NCBI GenBank assembly: GCA_965112735.1
Contig: OZ218955.1
Coordinates: forward strand, 992,001-1,056,000
Length of the DNA: 64,000 bases
Origin: Phaeosaccion multiseriatum
Taxonomy: Eukaryota > Protista > Ochrophyta, other classes
Reading direction: 5' to 3'
The notes beneath the pieces are model-generated. The model searched no databases. It saw only the letters and a program-made list of their open reading frames with translations, and was not told the DNA's origin. This document shows positions 1-12,425 of this stretch, piece after piece (within the stretch, counting starts at the first letter, position 1; every line of letters starts with the position of its first letter). The translations under genes and the position numbers were made by a program.

Positions 1-2089
1 AGGCAGAGAGGGAGACAGGGAGAGAGGGCGAGAAACAGAGGGAGACCAAGAGAGAGAGGGACAGAGGGAGAGCAAGAGCGAGAGGGAGAGGGAGGGCCAG
101 ACAGCACCTTGCACGTCTTGTCTGCCGACGCTGTGAAGACCATGTCCTTGGAAGAGTGCCACATCACAGAGTGGATCTTCTTGCTGTGGCCGCTTAGCGT
201 GGCTTCTTGCTTACCGCTGGAGAGAGAGAAGAGGAAGAGGAGGAGGAGGAGGAGGAGGAGGAGGAGGAGGAGGACAACGAGGAGGAGGAGACAGTTGAAA
301 GTCAGGCAGATGCCCCGCAGCGTTCCACCGGGGATGGTATCTGATGGATGGAGGGGAAAGCCACTAACGCACCACCCCCCCCCCCCCTTCAATGCCGCCT
401 TCAACCTCCTTGCTCTCCCTGTCCCTACCCCTCGCTCTCTTTGTCCCATCGTGTTGTATGACTTGGTTCCAATAGCTCCTCGTCTCCTCCTTCCTCCCCC
501 CCCACCAAGCCCGACGCAAATCCTCCCCTATGTGCCCAACAAACTGCCTACCCACCCACCTGTCCTTGTTAAAGATGATGGCAGTCTTATCTGCCCCCCC
601 CGTGAGCACCAATGCTCCCCCCGTCTGTTGGGAGGGACACACGGCTAGACATGTGACTCCGGCGGGGTTGGTCTTGTGTAGTTTATGGCTGGCTTGTTCC
701 GTGAAGCTTTCCAGCACCTATAGAGAGAGAGAGAGAAAAGATAGAGGGGAGGGAGAGGAGGGGGGAGAGGAGAGAGAGGGGGGGAGAGAAGAATGAGAGA
801 GGGAGAAGAGGGAGAGAAAGAAGCGAGAGCGAGAGAGAAGAGTGAGAGGAAGAGGACACGAGACGCACGAGCGAGAGAGCATGCATCATCCGCGAGTCAA
901 GTGAACACATACCTCCTTTGCCGGCACGCTAGCCGACGACGCCGAGGTCTTCTTCTCCTTGTTGGCGTCCTTGCGCTGTTTGCTCAGCTCCTTCTCTTTC
1001 GAGACCATAGCTTGCATGTGAACCGCAAAAGAGTCTCCATCTCCTCCTCCCCCGTCCACCTCCATGTCCCCTGCTCCCGCCTTTGCCTTCTTCGCTGGTG
1101 GTTCCTGCTGCCCTCCTCCTCCCGCTGCTGCTACTTGTGCAATGGTGCTTCGCTGGCTGGACAGCTCTGCTCTTGCCTCGTCTCTCTCTCTCACGAGTCG
1201 GGCAATCACTCGGCATGCCGCGTCTTGTTGGTACAAAGACTTGTTGAGGCATTGAGATTTGCGGTTGTGTGAAGGTACGTATATCAGAGAGAGAGAGAGA
1301 GAGAGGGGGGGGGAGTGATAGCGCGGGGAAGGGGGTGGTCGGTGAGCACGGTGAGAAGAAGGTTGTGGCACCGCACACACGGGTCGCGTCGTCAGGCCAA
1401 CTGCTGCCAACTACTACAGAGGGGCGTGCCACGTCGAGCGTTGAGCGCTCTGTATCTTCCTCCCCCCTGCCCACCTACCCTACCTGACTGAGCTCCTGCC
1501 GAGTGGCATCGAGGTGCTGCTTGAGCGTGAACGTCTCCAGCATAAGCGCATCCCACTCGTTCTGCATTAGGGCGAGGAGGCCAGGCACGCTCGTGGCGGA
1601 CACAGGCCTCGGCCGCACGACTTTGCTGCTGTTGATGGGTAGTAAGTCATCCACAGATAGCTCCTGGCCAGTGACAGGGCACTGTGGTGGGAGGGAGGGA
1701 GGGAGGGAGGGGTGGGGGGTGTAACAGCGAAGAGCTTAGAGAGAGAGAGAGGGAGAGAGAGAGAGAGAGAGAGAGAAGTGCCATGCCTGGGCTAAGCTAC
1801 TGATCATCCCGTAACAAACGCACAATCTTGAGAGAGCAGGCACAAGAGTAGGGAAGAAGAGAGGAAGAGCAAAGAGCGAAGGAAAGGTTTTTGAGTCCGA
1901 AAGGAGGAAGACACCGCTCGCCCACTACCACCCCCACCCCTCTTCTCTACAGCCAGCACACGCGAATACCTCCCGCACCTTGCCCTGCTGCTCAATGTAC
2001 TTGGTGATGAGATCCTTCTCAAAGAGATGCCCGGTGGTCTTGGATACCACTGGGTCCATGGGCACCTCTCCCGAGAGAGCGCAATTCAT
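1..2089 (-). CDS. PRP19: Pre-mRNA processing factor 19 (U-box + coiled coil + WD40); 3' end lies outside the window
   Basis: Spliced exons ~2089-1979, 1681-1483, 1239-912, 718-559, 217-108 give [37 protein letters not shown]|[14 protein letters not shown]...[36 protein letters not shown]|[15 protein letters not shown], then WD40 repeats (TGGADK, GHSKKI...TASADKTCK). GT-AG introns. Confidence 0.95.
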
Positions 2090-2229
2090 CTTTGGAGCCC
2101 TTCCCCACAGCTCTTGCCTCTCGTGTCCCTCCTCCTAACGCTGCAGCAGCTGCGCCTCTGTAGGTCCTCTTTCCGTCTTGTCCCTCTTTTGGGCGGGCGT
2201 CCAAACCTTGGCCCAGGGGGGCCGGCTCG

Positions 2230-3498
2230 ATGCCTAAAAGTAAACTCCGGAGTTTCACTCGGAACTGCCCTCACAAACAGCGCGAGCGACGCCTCTTTCA
2301 GCAGATGAGGGTCGAAGGGAGGGATAGGGAGGCCTATGATCCCCGGATCTACGGTAGGTTATCCTCAGCGGGCCACTGCTTTGGCTTCGAGGACCGAGAG
2401 CTGCCACCGACGCCCCCTTCACCTTGCTTTCGAGCAACACTGCAACGCGTAGTCAGAGAGGCAGACCGGGGCCGGCCAAAGCGAAATGGCAGCCCTGGGC
2501 GGAAGAGGCGGGGGAGGAGCGCGATGGCGGGCGGTTCGAGACGCACGGGGCGCGCAGAAGACGGAGGAGCATACTCCTCGCCCTCGGTGCTCGAGTTTTG
2601 CATGTCCTCTCCCTCAGTGCTTGAGCACTGCCTGTCACCCGAGGAGAAGGCACGCATGAAGGAGATGAGCAGGAAGGTGGTGCCACCGAAGCCGTTTGAC
2701 GAATGGGCAGAGGACTATGACGTGAAGCTGACAAGGCAGCAGAAGGAGAGGAGGAGGAAGGCAGAGGAGGAGGCGGCGGCCTGCGAAACGAGACGCCAGG
2801 CGGCAGAGGACGCCTATCTGGAGTGGATGAAGAGGAAGAATAGAGGGGATCCCCACAACGACTTTAGGAAACACGAGGCACAGATTGCCAGGAAGGAGAC
2901 TCAGAAGGAGGAGGTGAGGAGCAAAGCAATGCATCCATCCGTTGTTGGTATCCGTCGCCCCGTCTTAACTCTCTCGCCACCCTACTTCTGTCCTGTCTGC
3001 CCCGTCCATAACCACACTCTCGCTTGCATGGTGTCAAACAAACAGCAGCAGAGGATATTTACGCCTTCTACATGGAGGGAGGATGTAAACAAGTGGGCCC
3101 AGCCTCGCTGGAGGGACAAGAGCGAGGCAGACAAGCAGCGAAAGAAGGAGCAGACAAGGGAGGAGCACAAGCAGAGGCAGCACCACGGCAAGGGGGCGCA
3201 CAAGAAGTGGCTAGTGCTGAAGGAGGAGCAGCGCGTGAAGGAGGAGCGCCTCGCGGAGAACATTCGAAGGTACCGGGCGGAGAGGCTGCGGCTGGAGCGG
3301 CAGGACAAGTGGAGTAAGAAGGACCTAGTGCTCTCTTACTCTCTCGCGGCCGCGGCTGCCGCAGCAGAGGCAGAAGCCAAGAAGGCAGCAGCGGCACTAG
3401 CAGCAGCAGCAGCAACAACAACAACAACAACATCAGTAGGGGGGGGAGGAGGAGGTGGAGGAGGAGGAGGAGGAGGAGGAGTAGGAGGAGAGGGAGAA

Positions 3499-3529
<31 letters not shown>

Positions 3530-3762
3530 GAGGAGGAGGAGGAGGAGGAGGAAGAAGAAGAAGAGGAGGAGAAAAAGGGGGAGGAAGAGAAGGAGGAAGA
3601 GGATCAGAAGGGGCGAAAGCAGTCGCGAAGGCAGTGCGATCAGCCCGAGAAGCAGCAGGGGCAGCAGCAGCAGAAGTCGCCCCAACGTCAGCTCGAGGAC
3701 TCCGGGAAAGTAGAGGAGGAACGCCGGGGGCACGACGGCGCCATGTACATGCACACGCATAG
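2230..3762 (+). CDS. Charged coiled-coil protein, possibly CCDC34/DUF4207-like
   Basis: 510-aa ORF with E/K/R helices punctuated by Trp (FDEWAE, AYLEWMKRK, AHKKWL). Probable in-frame intron ~2913-3050 (GTGAGG...CAG). Low-complexity C-terminus. Family assignment is tentative. Confidence 0.55.
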
Positions 3763-5280
3763 GGCATAGGACGCATGTGAACACAGCACAGCCACAGCCC
3801 CGCCACAGGCTAGTAACAGCACAGCTCTTGGGTGGCGTGTGCCACGCTAGACGGACACAGTTGGGGAGGGGCTGGGGAGGGGAGGGCTGTGGCGCAGGCG
3901 GTACGCTGATGGAGATCCATTAGAGCGTCGGAGAGGCTTTGAAGCGCGCACGCACACTCGTACACACCTTGACCCGGCGCGATCAACGCCCCGCCCTGCC
4001 AAGCACCTTTATTTGGGCCATGCTTTCATCGGCAGGGAGTGTAAGGATGACGGAGAAGCTCCCACCGGCCGGGCTACTCTCGTCCATGTCCCCCTCTCCC
4101 CTCTCGCCAGGCAGAACGGTGCACGATACCTTGCCTGTACCCACCGTTCCCTGCCGTCCCTGTGCCGGCCGCGGCATCGCCATCATCCTTCCTTGGCTTG
4201 GGTCTTGTGGAGTCACAGCCGTAGCAGCAACGGCCACCATGGTATCCCAGGCAGCAGTAAAGAGCGTTTCCGCTTCCTCGTGGGCGGTGGGTTAGGGGCT
4301 AGGACTGGGGTTGGGGCTCGCGCTGCTCGTGCTGGGCTGTCAGGTGGGCCGCCACCACTGTTCACAAGTGTGTATATGTCGCAGCCTCAGCGATCTCTGG
4401 GCGGTGTTGGTAGATATCATGCTCAGAGGGGGGGATGGCAACGGATGGTGGGAGTGACCAGATTGCGACTCGCGCGGATGTATCCGGCGGTTTCGCATGC
4501 CCATTCGTACCACAAGCGTACAGTGCACGGCTTCTACGGCCACGGACCCATCAGTCTCTTTGAGGGGTGGGGTGGGGGTGCATTTCAGCAAGATGGATCG
4601 ATCCACTGCGCTGGTCGCAAAGAGCGAAAATCATCCCACGGAGGAGGGACGGCCTGGAGGATGGGGAGGGAAGAGGCGAGGCAACAGAGCAAGAGCTTGG
4701 AGTCGCTGGGCCTCGGTCGGTCCTCTGTCTTCCGTCACCTCAATCTATTCTCACTCACTCCTTGCGGTAGTGCAGGATCAGGGCCATCGATGGGCTGCTC
4801 GGGCGATAGGGGGCAGGACTGCATGGCAGGACTGTCTCTCTCTCTCTCTCTCAGTATCAGCAGCAGTCGAGACATGATGGAGACACACACCCAGACACGT
4901 TGCAGAGTTGAGTAGCGCTCGTCTGGTGGGATAGCTTCTTAGCACAGCTGCTTTCAGCTCAGCTACAGCTCGTTATGCTCTCTGACTACCTAGCTATTAC
5001 ACACCTTGGTGAAGGACAGTGTCAGTTTCAGTTGTAGGGGACGCTCTCCCCGGACGGTTGTGAGGGTATCGAAGCTTCCTTTGCTGCAACTCAATCGGCC
5101 GAACTCAAACCACTACGGAGGGACGGCCTGGCCAGGATCGAGACAGGCATCTTATATATATATATTTATATATATATATATAATATCAAGGCAATGCTTA
5201 GCCGAAATTGAAACTTGAAACTCTGGATGTAACCGCATGGACTTCTGAGGGACTTGATCTTTCCTGTGTGCTCACAGCGG

Positions 5281-5937
5281 ATGCTAATGATGGGACCAAG
5301 CGCGCGTGACTGCTCTGTATGTGACGCTTCGCTTGGTCTCGACCAATGCTTGAGCGCCCTGGAAGGAGCTGTAGGGGAGCTGGAGGGAGTCAAGAAGTGC
5401 ATGCTCCTTCAGTACCTTCTCAACCCTACGCTCGAGCTCAGCTGTGCGGAGGAGAGTACGAGCATCACTAAGAGAGGCAAGAAAGAGGAAGGAACCACCG
5501 CCATGCTGACCGGGCTCATCAACACTGCACTGGACCGAGAGGCGAATGAGGCCGACAGACTCGACCTACTGCTTGACGCCTGTGCTGCTGGCTTACTAAA
5601 CAGCAGCAGCGGTAGCGAAGGCAGAAGCGGGCGTATGGATATGCTCGCAAAGCAAGGAGGCAAGGAGGGATCGCCGAAAGGAGGCGTGCTCTTGCAGCAG
5701 GGCAGCACTGGCGAAGCGGCGGTGGCCAAAGGATCTGCTGACCTGGCGCTGGGTAGGGCCTTCTTGGCATTCGTCATCGTTGCGGTGGGCGTGGTCATTC
5801 TTCCCATTTGGGCCTATCGAAAGCAGCGCCAAAGAAGCAAGTGGATGCCGAGCTGTCTGGGATTGAGGCGCCCTTCAGGGTACACCTACTCTACCATCCC
5901 GGACCCTGATGACAATGGGCGCTTCATCGACATTTGA
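5281..5937 (+). CDS. Hypothetical single-pass membrane protein
   Basis: Non-repetitive ORF with a hydrophobic helix (AFLAFVIVAVGVVILPIWAY), then a basic stop-transfer (RKQRQR) and a Tyr-containing tail (GYTYSTI). 5' end uncertain. Confidence 0.4.
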   Translation: MLMMGPSARDCSVCDASLGLDQCLSALEGAVGELEGVKKCMLLQYLLNPTLELSCAEESTSITKRGKKEEGTTAMLTGLINTALDREANEADRLDLLLDACAAGLLNSSSGSEGRSGRMDMLAKQGGKEGSPKGGVLLQQGSTGEAAVAKGSADLALGRAFLAFVIVAVGVVILPIWAYRKQRQRSKWMPSCLGLRRPSGYTYSTIPDPDDNGRFIDI

Positions 5938-7222
5938 TTTGAGTATCCTTGCCTCGCCACTGCGTGGTCATGGCCCAGAAGTGAGAGGAGATAGTTGGGA
6001 AGCCCCCCCCCCTTACTTGTACTCGCACCCAGGCACTCGGTCTCGTCTTTCCATCATGATGAAGACAAGTTCAGTGTCTCAGTGATTTAGCGGGGGGGGA
6101 GTACTGCAAAACTGGACACTGTTGTACTGCACAAGTGAATGAATGGATGTCGCAAAGGGTATATGGGGCGAAAGACAAGGAAAGGAACCCACAATGAGCG
6201 CGTCTATGCAGAGTGCTACCGCAGGGATCGCAGGAGGAGCAAGGTATAGACACAAAGGGAAAGAGGGGGGGGGGGGAGGGTAAAGTACGACAACAAGTGC
6301 TAGAGTGTCGCCAGAGGCCATCTTACGACCCCGCGTGGAGATGTAACTTGCGAAGCCCTCCCGCGACTACTCCTGCAGGTTGGTAACACACTCCTTCTAA
6401 CTTGCTCTGTAGAGTATGATGTCGGCAGTCAGGTGTGTGTGTGCGTGCGTGGGTTGGGGGAGGGGAGGAGGGAATGCCAACGGCATGTTCGTTCAGCCGC
6501 GGGGTGCGAAGGTGCAGAGTGGCAGCAGAGGCTCAAGGCGGGATGCGATACTGAGCCTGTCTTGAACGTAGAGTGTGTGTGCCAAGTGATGAGGATGACT
6601 TAAATCGGCTTCGGTTAACCTCCCCCCACGACGCCTACAATGACATACTCCACAACGAAAGGCACAGACTTCACACTTCGTGTCACAGCTGACCCCCGCT
6701 CTTTCTTGAACTTACGCCCTCGAGGGTGCACTTTAGTATAATTGTATAATGTAGTATATTTTTTTGTTCTGTCTATAACTATTGTATCATGACTATTTGG
6801 GCTGGTGGTTCTTCTGTGCAAGAGGGAAGACACACTTCACTAATTACTTAACTAACCGACTACCCGCTGGTTCCAGAGTATACACCCACTATCCGCTCGC
6901 TATCGTACCCGCCGTCGCGCCGCTCCGCGACAGACAGCACAAGTGGCTGCTTCTGCTTCCCTCGCCCATCCTGCCCCCCACCTCTCTCCGTCGTTGCTGT
7001 CTCTTTGCTGTCTCTCTCCCTCTCTCTCTCTCTTGGCTCTCCATCGCACCCCCCGCGTAGGGGCTCAAGACTCGGGGGGGGGGGGTGGTTAAACGGACGT
7101 ATGTGCTCAGCTCAGTATCCACTGAGCTGCTGCTGCAGCCGACATTGACCTGTGCAATGCTGCTGCTGCTGTTGCTGCTGTTCCCCAAGTAAAAGTAGTG
7201 AAGCAGACAATGCCCTCGCCCT

Positions 7223-9900
7223 CTAGTTCCTCTTCTTCTTCTTCTTGCCTCCCTTCTTCTTGGGCTTCGGTGCCGGAGTCGGTGCCGAAGAGGGGTCAGC
7301 AATAATCACCCTCTCCTCTGCGCCAGTACCATCCCCGGCACCCCCCTGCATCATCTGGGGACTGACTGCTCCACTGCTGCTCTCCCCCCCTGCTACCCCT
7401 GTTGATGCTCCACCCCCAAAGCCCTGGGCCGGCTCTGCCAGAGTCGCAGGCACCACGTCCCGTACCTCCGCATCACGAACCGGAGTTCCTCCTCCTCCGA
7501 AGCCTGCGCCTCCTCCCCGGCTGGAAAGGTCGTCACCCATTGACATCGACATACTCGCTCCTCCTCCTCCTCCTCCCGCCGCCTCCGGTACCGGTCCGCT
7601 TTCGTTTGCCACCTTTCGGACAAAACAAGAGCAACAAGGAAGAAGGACGAGATGAATTCGATCTTTCGTTCTTTCGGGCCTACTGACTGACTGAATGACT
7701 GACTGACTGACTTACTCGCTGACTCACTCACTGACTCACTGACTTACTCACTGACTTACTCACTCACCTTGTTCTTAATGAAGAGAGTAAGGCCGGTGGA
7801 CACAAAGTTGTTAACGATCCAATAGATGCCGAGCCCCGACGCTACGTTCAGCGAGAACCACCCGATCATCAAGGGGAGGAACTTGAGAATAGCCTGAGAC
7901 GAGAGAGAGGAGAGAGAGAGGCGAGACGGAGGGGGGAGGGACGGGTGGAGGGACAGAGGACGAGGGACAAAAGAGCAAGGGAGTCAAGTAGCGGCTAGGT
8001 TAGGACAGGAGTGAGTCGGGCCACTGTCCTTACTTGACTCTGCCTGACTTGCTGACTGACTGTACATTCGCCCCTCCCACAACTCATCAAACGCACGAAG
8101 TCATCCACACCCACCCACACGCACACGCACACGCACACACACCACCCATTGACATAACCCACCTGAGTGGGCTCAGGCTCCTTGTTGGGGTCCTGTGGCG
8201 GCTGCATGAGCTTGGTGGATATGCTCTGGGTGATGACGAGGATCACGGGAACGGTCAGGTAGGCGAGGGTGTCGTGCCAGCCGAGAGGGGGGGCACCGTC
8301 TACCCAACCGGCTTTGAGCCAGTTCATGGAGTCACCGGCCTCGGCCTGTGGGAGGGAGGGAGAGAGGGGAGATGGAAGGAGGGAGGGAGTAAGGGAGGGG
8401 AGGGAGGGAGGGAGGGAGATGGGGCACAGTAAGTTAGTAAGTTGGGGGGGTGGGGTAATTAGGGAGTGGTTGTGGGGACATGGTTGGATGGCAAGGGTCG
8501 GCGGTAGAGGGATATAGGGATGGGGAGGATGAGGGGGGGAAGGGAAAGACAGACAGTCACACAGACAGACAGTCACACAGACAGACAGACAAGACTGGAT
8601 GAGAGACGGGAAACAAAAAGCGATGAGACACACCAGCGGCCAGCCAGGAAGGAAAGTGGGGGGGGGGGGGGGGCGAGAGAGAGGGGAGGGGAGGGGAGGG
8701 GAGGGGAGAGAAGAGAGACGGGCAATGTACTCACTCCGAAGACGGGCCCCTCCAGCGAAGGCAGCCACAGGAAGGGCTCTCCGAGTTTGTCGGCCTTGGC
8801 CAAGTTGAGCAGTGCCCTGTACAGAGCGATGAAGATGGGGATCTGAGCGAGGGAGGGCAGGCAGCCGGCCAAGGGGTTGACCCCTGCCTCTGAGTAAGTT
8901 TCCGAAACGGCCTTGTTGGCCATCTCCGGGTCGTTGGCGTACTTCCTCTGCAGGTCCTTAATCTGAGGGTGTGTGTGTAGAGGGGACGGGTGGGAAGGAG
9001 AGGGGGGAGAGGTGAGGCGGGCGAGCCACACCAAGCACAAGTGTGAAAGCAACTGAGAGACAGCCTCCGCCTTTTCTTCTATTATTTACATCGATATCAA
9101 GAACAGACAGAGCCCTCTGTCCCTCCATCTCCCCCTCCCTCCCCTCCCCACCACCCCACACACTAACCTTACTTTCATAACCTTACGTACCTTGGGGGCT
9201 AATGCCTGCATCTTTGTAGTGCTCTCAAGCTGCGTGTAAGTCAATGGGAAGGTCAGGGCCTTGACGAAGAGCGTGAAGGAGATGATGGACAGCCCAAATG
9301 GGTTCTCCACCCCCAACTTGAGCAGCTGGTCGTGGATGCCCAAAATGGCCCACTCTGTGGCTCTGGTGCACAGGCTGATGGGGTCATTGCCCTGCACGGC
9401 TTCCTTGGCAACCTCTGTCACGGCTGCTGTGCCATCTCCTGCTACTGCTGCAGCGTCCGCCAGGCCTGGATGATGGTACACGTTAGAGTCGAGTAGAGCA
9501 TCGGAGGGGAGTGAAGGATCGAAGGAGGGGTGCGTGTGAGGTGTGTATAAAGCAAGTCATGCGACTCTCTTCTCTTCCAAGCTCCATCGTTCCTCCTCCG
9601 TCAAGTACTTGTCTATATGTGACACAAGACACATTTGGAGAGAAAGAGAGGGAGAGAGGAGAGACACGCCACAGCCACAGCCACAGCCGTGCCTCACCTT
9701 GGTACACATACGACGCCCAAGCCGGGTCCACAAGCGTGTGCACCTCCGGTCCGAGCACGGCCTTGAGACTCCGTAGGGAATGTCTCCGCCCCCCCTGTCC
9801 CCTCCCCCTCCGGCTCAGGGCCGCCACGCCTCCTACGCTTCCCCGCGTCTGCCCCGCGGGTCCCGCGGGCCGTGCTGCTGTGAAGCGGGATGCTATGAGC

Positions 9901-9938
<38 letters not shown>

Positions 9939-10746
9939 TTGCGTGCATGTGGGGCAAAGAGGCGGAGCAGAGGTGAGACGGATGAGGTGAAGTGCACCTC
10001 CTCTTGACGCGGCGGAGCATCAGCTCCATAGAGTGGGAAAATGCCACTGCTGTTTCGCTTCTCTCTCATCGGCAACCGGTACCAGCACATCAGACTGCGT
10101 CATAACAAAACACGCTGAAAAGTACGGTATGCCGTCGCTGACTCACGACTAAACTCAGTGCCCACACCAACCTGTGAGAGATTTACTACTGGGTGCCGCG
10201 ACAGGGTGCATAAACCCATCGCTGTGCGCAAGCGACGCCTGTGTAATTTAAGGGGGGGAGCAAAGTGAGTCGGAGTTGAGGCGGAGGAGGAAGTGCGGAA
10301 GAGGAGGAGGGGAGGCGAGGGAGGTGTAGGAACAGGGACGAGGCCTAAGAGGAAGAGCCGCGAGCAGTATCTGACAGGAATTGCCTCGTTACGAAGAGCA
10401 CAGCACTAGCATTGCCAAACGCGTAGCCTGTCGAGTAGCGCTCCGAACAGGCAGGTGCTGCTGAAGGACTGACACACATCAAGTAGGAGGAAAACACATC
10501 ATCCTCAGAGGCGCTGCGGTCACCCTAACCCCAGTCAAACCCTTCCCTTAGCACAGAACCCAGCCTCTCCCCTCTGACCAAAGCCAGTCGTGATGCGCAC
10601 GCCAAGCAAGCAAGAAGGTAAGTTGATATTGCCCCGCCCCCTCGCCCTTTTCCACCTCCAAGGCCCTCCATCAACAACGCAGCCTGCGTGCGACACCTTA
10701 CACCACGTACCGCCAGGCATGCTGCCGTCAGCACTTCGCTCCTCAT
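7223..10746 (-). CDS. ALB3: Plastid membrane insertase ALB3 (YidC/Oxa1 family)
   Basis: Exons ~10746-10711, 10239-10172, 9897-9698, 9466-9190, 8961-8734, 8347-8163, 7892-7767, 7612-7223. Motifs FGLSIISFTLFVKALTFPLTYTQLEST, YSEAGVNPLAGCLPSLAQIPIFIALYRAL, FLWLPSLEGP, LKFLPLMIGWFSLNV.SGLGIYW. N-terminus MRSEVLTAACLAASLAHSDG-FMHP is a bipartite plastid presequence. Confidence 0.93.
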
Positions 10747-11341
10747 CACCTCTGCGCTTTACGTCCTATCTAATCGCTTGTGTGTGGAGGTGAAGGACTT
10801 TTTTTTGTTTCTTCGGCTCACATGAACCTGAGGTAGGATTTCCCGGGGGGTGCAAGTGCAGAGTAGTTTTGGGTTTTGGGGCCCCAAGCGAGCCAACCTA
10901 TAGGTGTGAGCTGCCCCAAGCGAGCCAACCCCTGATCTTCGCGACCAACGGGGCCTCTTGGTAAGCAAAGGCGTGTGTGTGTCCGTCCACTGGCTGCGAT
11001 CTGCGATGGTTGGGTGTCGTGGACCCAAGCGAGCGTACTAACTGCGATGTGGGTGTGTACGTGCGTGGGCCGGAGAGCCAGCACCAAGCAGTTTCCGTAA
11101 TACAATACAATCGCGAAGAGGGGCATCATTGCCACAGCAGTGACTCCCGCCGCCCTCTCTCGACGGTCATCACCTTTCCCTTTGCCCCATTGATGATTGA
11201 TGCCGAGACCCCGTGTGATCATGTGCGAGGGACACATGACACTCATACATATAGGCGGGCAGGTGGAGCCCTGCTCCAGTGGAGGTGGGAAGGGGCCTTT
11301 TCACTTGTGACTGGACACAACATGGGAGAGAGCAGACCACG

Positions 11342-11409
<68 letters not shown>

Positions 11410-11728
11410 CCCCCCTACTCTGAGCTGAGCTGCTCCGGCCCGGTCCACTCGATTGCCCCCCCGCCCGAAACGGCTCCTCCTCCAGTCCACGCGGGTTCGT
11501 GCACGCGTGGAGGAATGAAGAAACATATACATTTGGTTACATTTGTCTTCTTGACTTGCCGATTGGCGACGACGATACAACAACTCACCTCCCCCCTTCC
11601 CTGACCTATTCCGTTCGTTCGTGTGAGCTGAGCCTTCTCTTTTCTTTTACTCCCTCACTCCCTCACTTCCCCCCTCCTCACTTACTCACTCACTCACTCA
11701 CTCACTCATCACTCACGCACGCACGCAC

Positions 11729-12394
11729 TCACTCCACCTTCGCCCTGAGGTTTTCCCTCCTGGGGCTCGGTACTTTGCCGTTAGCGCTGCCGCCGTTGCT
11801 ACTACAATCACCATTACTACTATTCCCGGTGGTACTGCTACCACCGCTGCCATTGCTCTGCTGAGCTAACCTGCTGCTCCTCCTGCTACTCCTCCTGCCG
11901 CCGCTGCTGTCCTGCGGGCTGCCACTAAAGGGGGCCGAGGCCGCAGAGGAGGAGGGGCCCTTCTTCACCTCCACACCCCCTCTCCCCCCAAGCGCTCCAT
12001 CCTCCTTCCAGGGTGAGCCACCGGAGAAAGAGGAGCATGAGCCTGGGTCTGAGCCTGGGCCTGCTCCTGTCTCTGGCCCTGCTGCTGACACCTGTCTGGC
12101 TCTGGCCACTGAAGCGAGTGGAGACTTGAGGCTTCCACCCACCGAGTGCTTCCCATGTCTCAATCTGCGAACGAATCGCCGGACAGCGTACTACGCAAGA
12201 GCAAACGCAAAGCAAAGCAAAGCAAAGCAAAGCCATTCAAGGCAGCGCAGTACGTCAGGCAAAAGTCGGTCCAAGGGCCAAGAGAGAGGGCAAGAGAGAA
12301 GGGTGAAGGGTCCAACCAGGACCACCACCACCACCACCACCACCACCACCACCACTACTACTACTACCACCACCACCAGCACCACCACCACCAC

Positions 12395-12425
<31 letters not shown>

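Noticed and set aside
3939-4915. Overlapping ORFs (e.g. 4013..4915, 3983..4240) as a gene
   Set aside because: No recognisable motif, and I could not build a phase-consistent exon chain. Could be UTR.
10865-10882. Telomere-like TTTTGGG repeat
   Set aside because: Only two units; no array.
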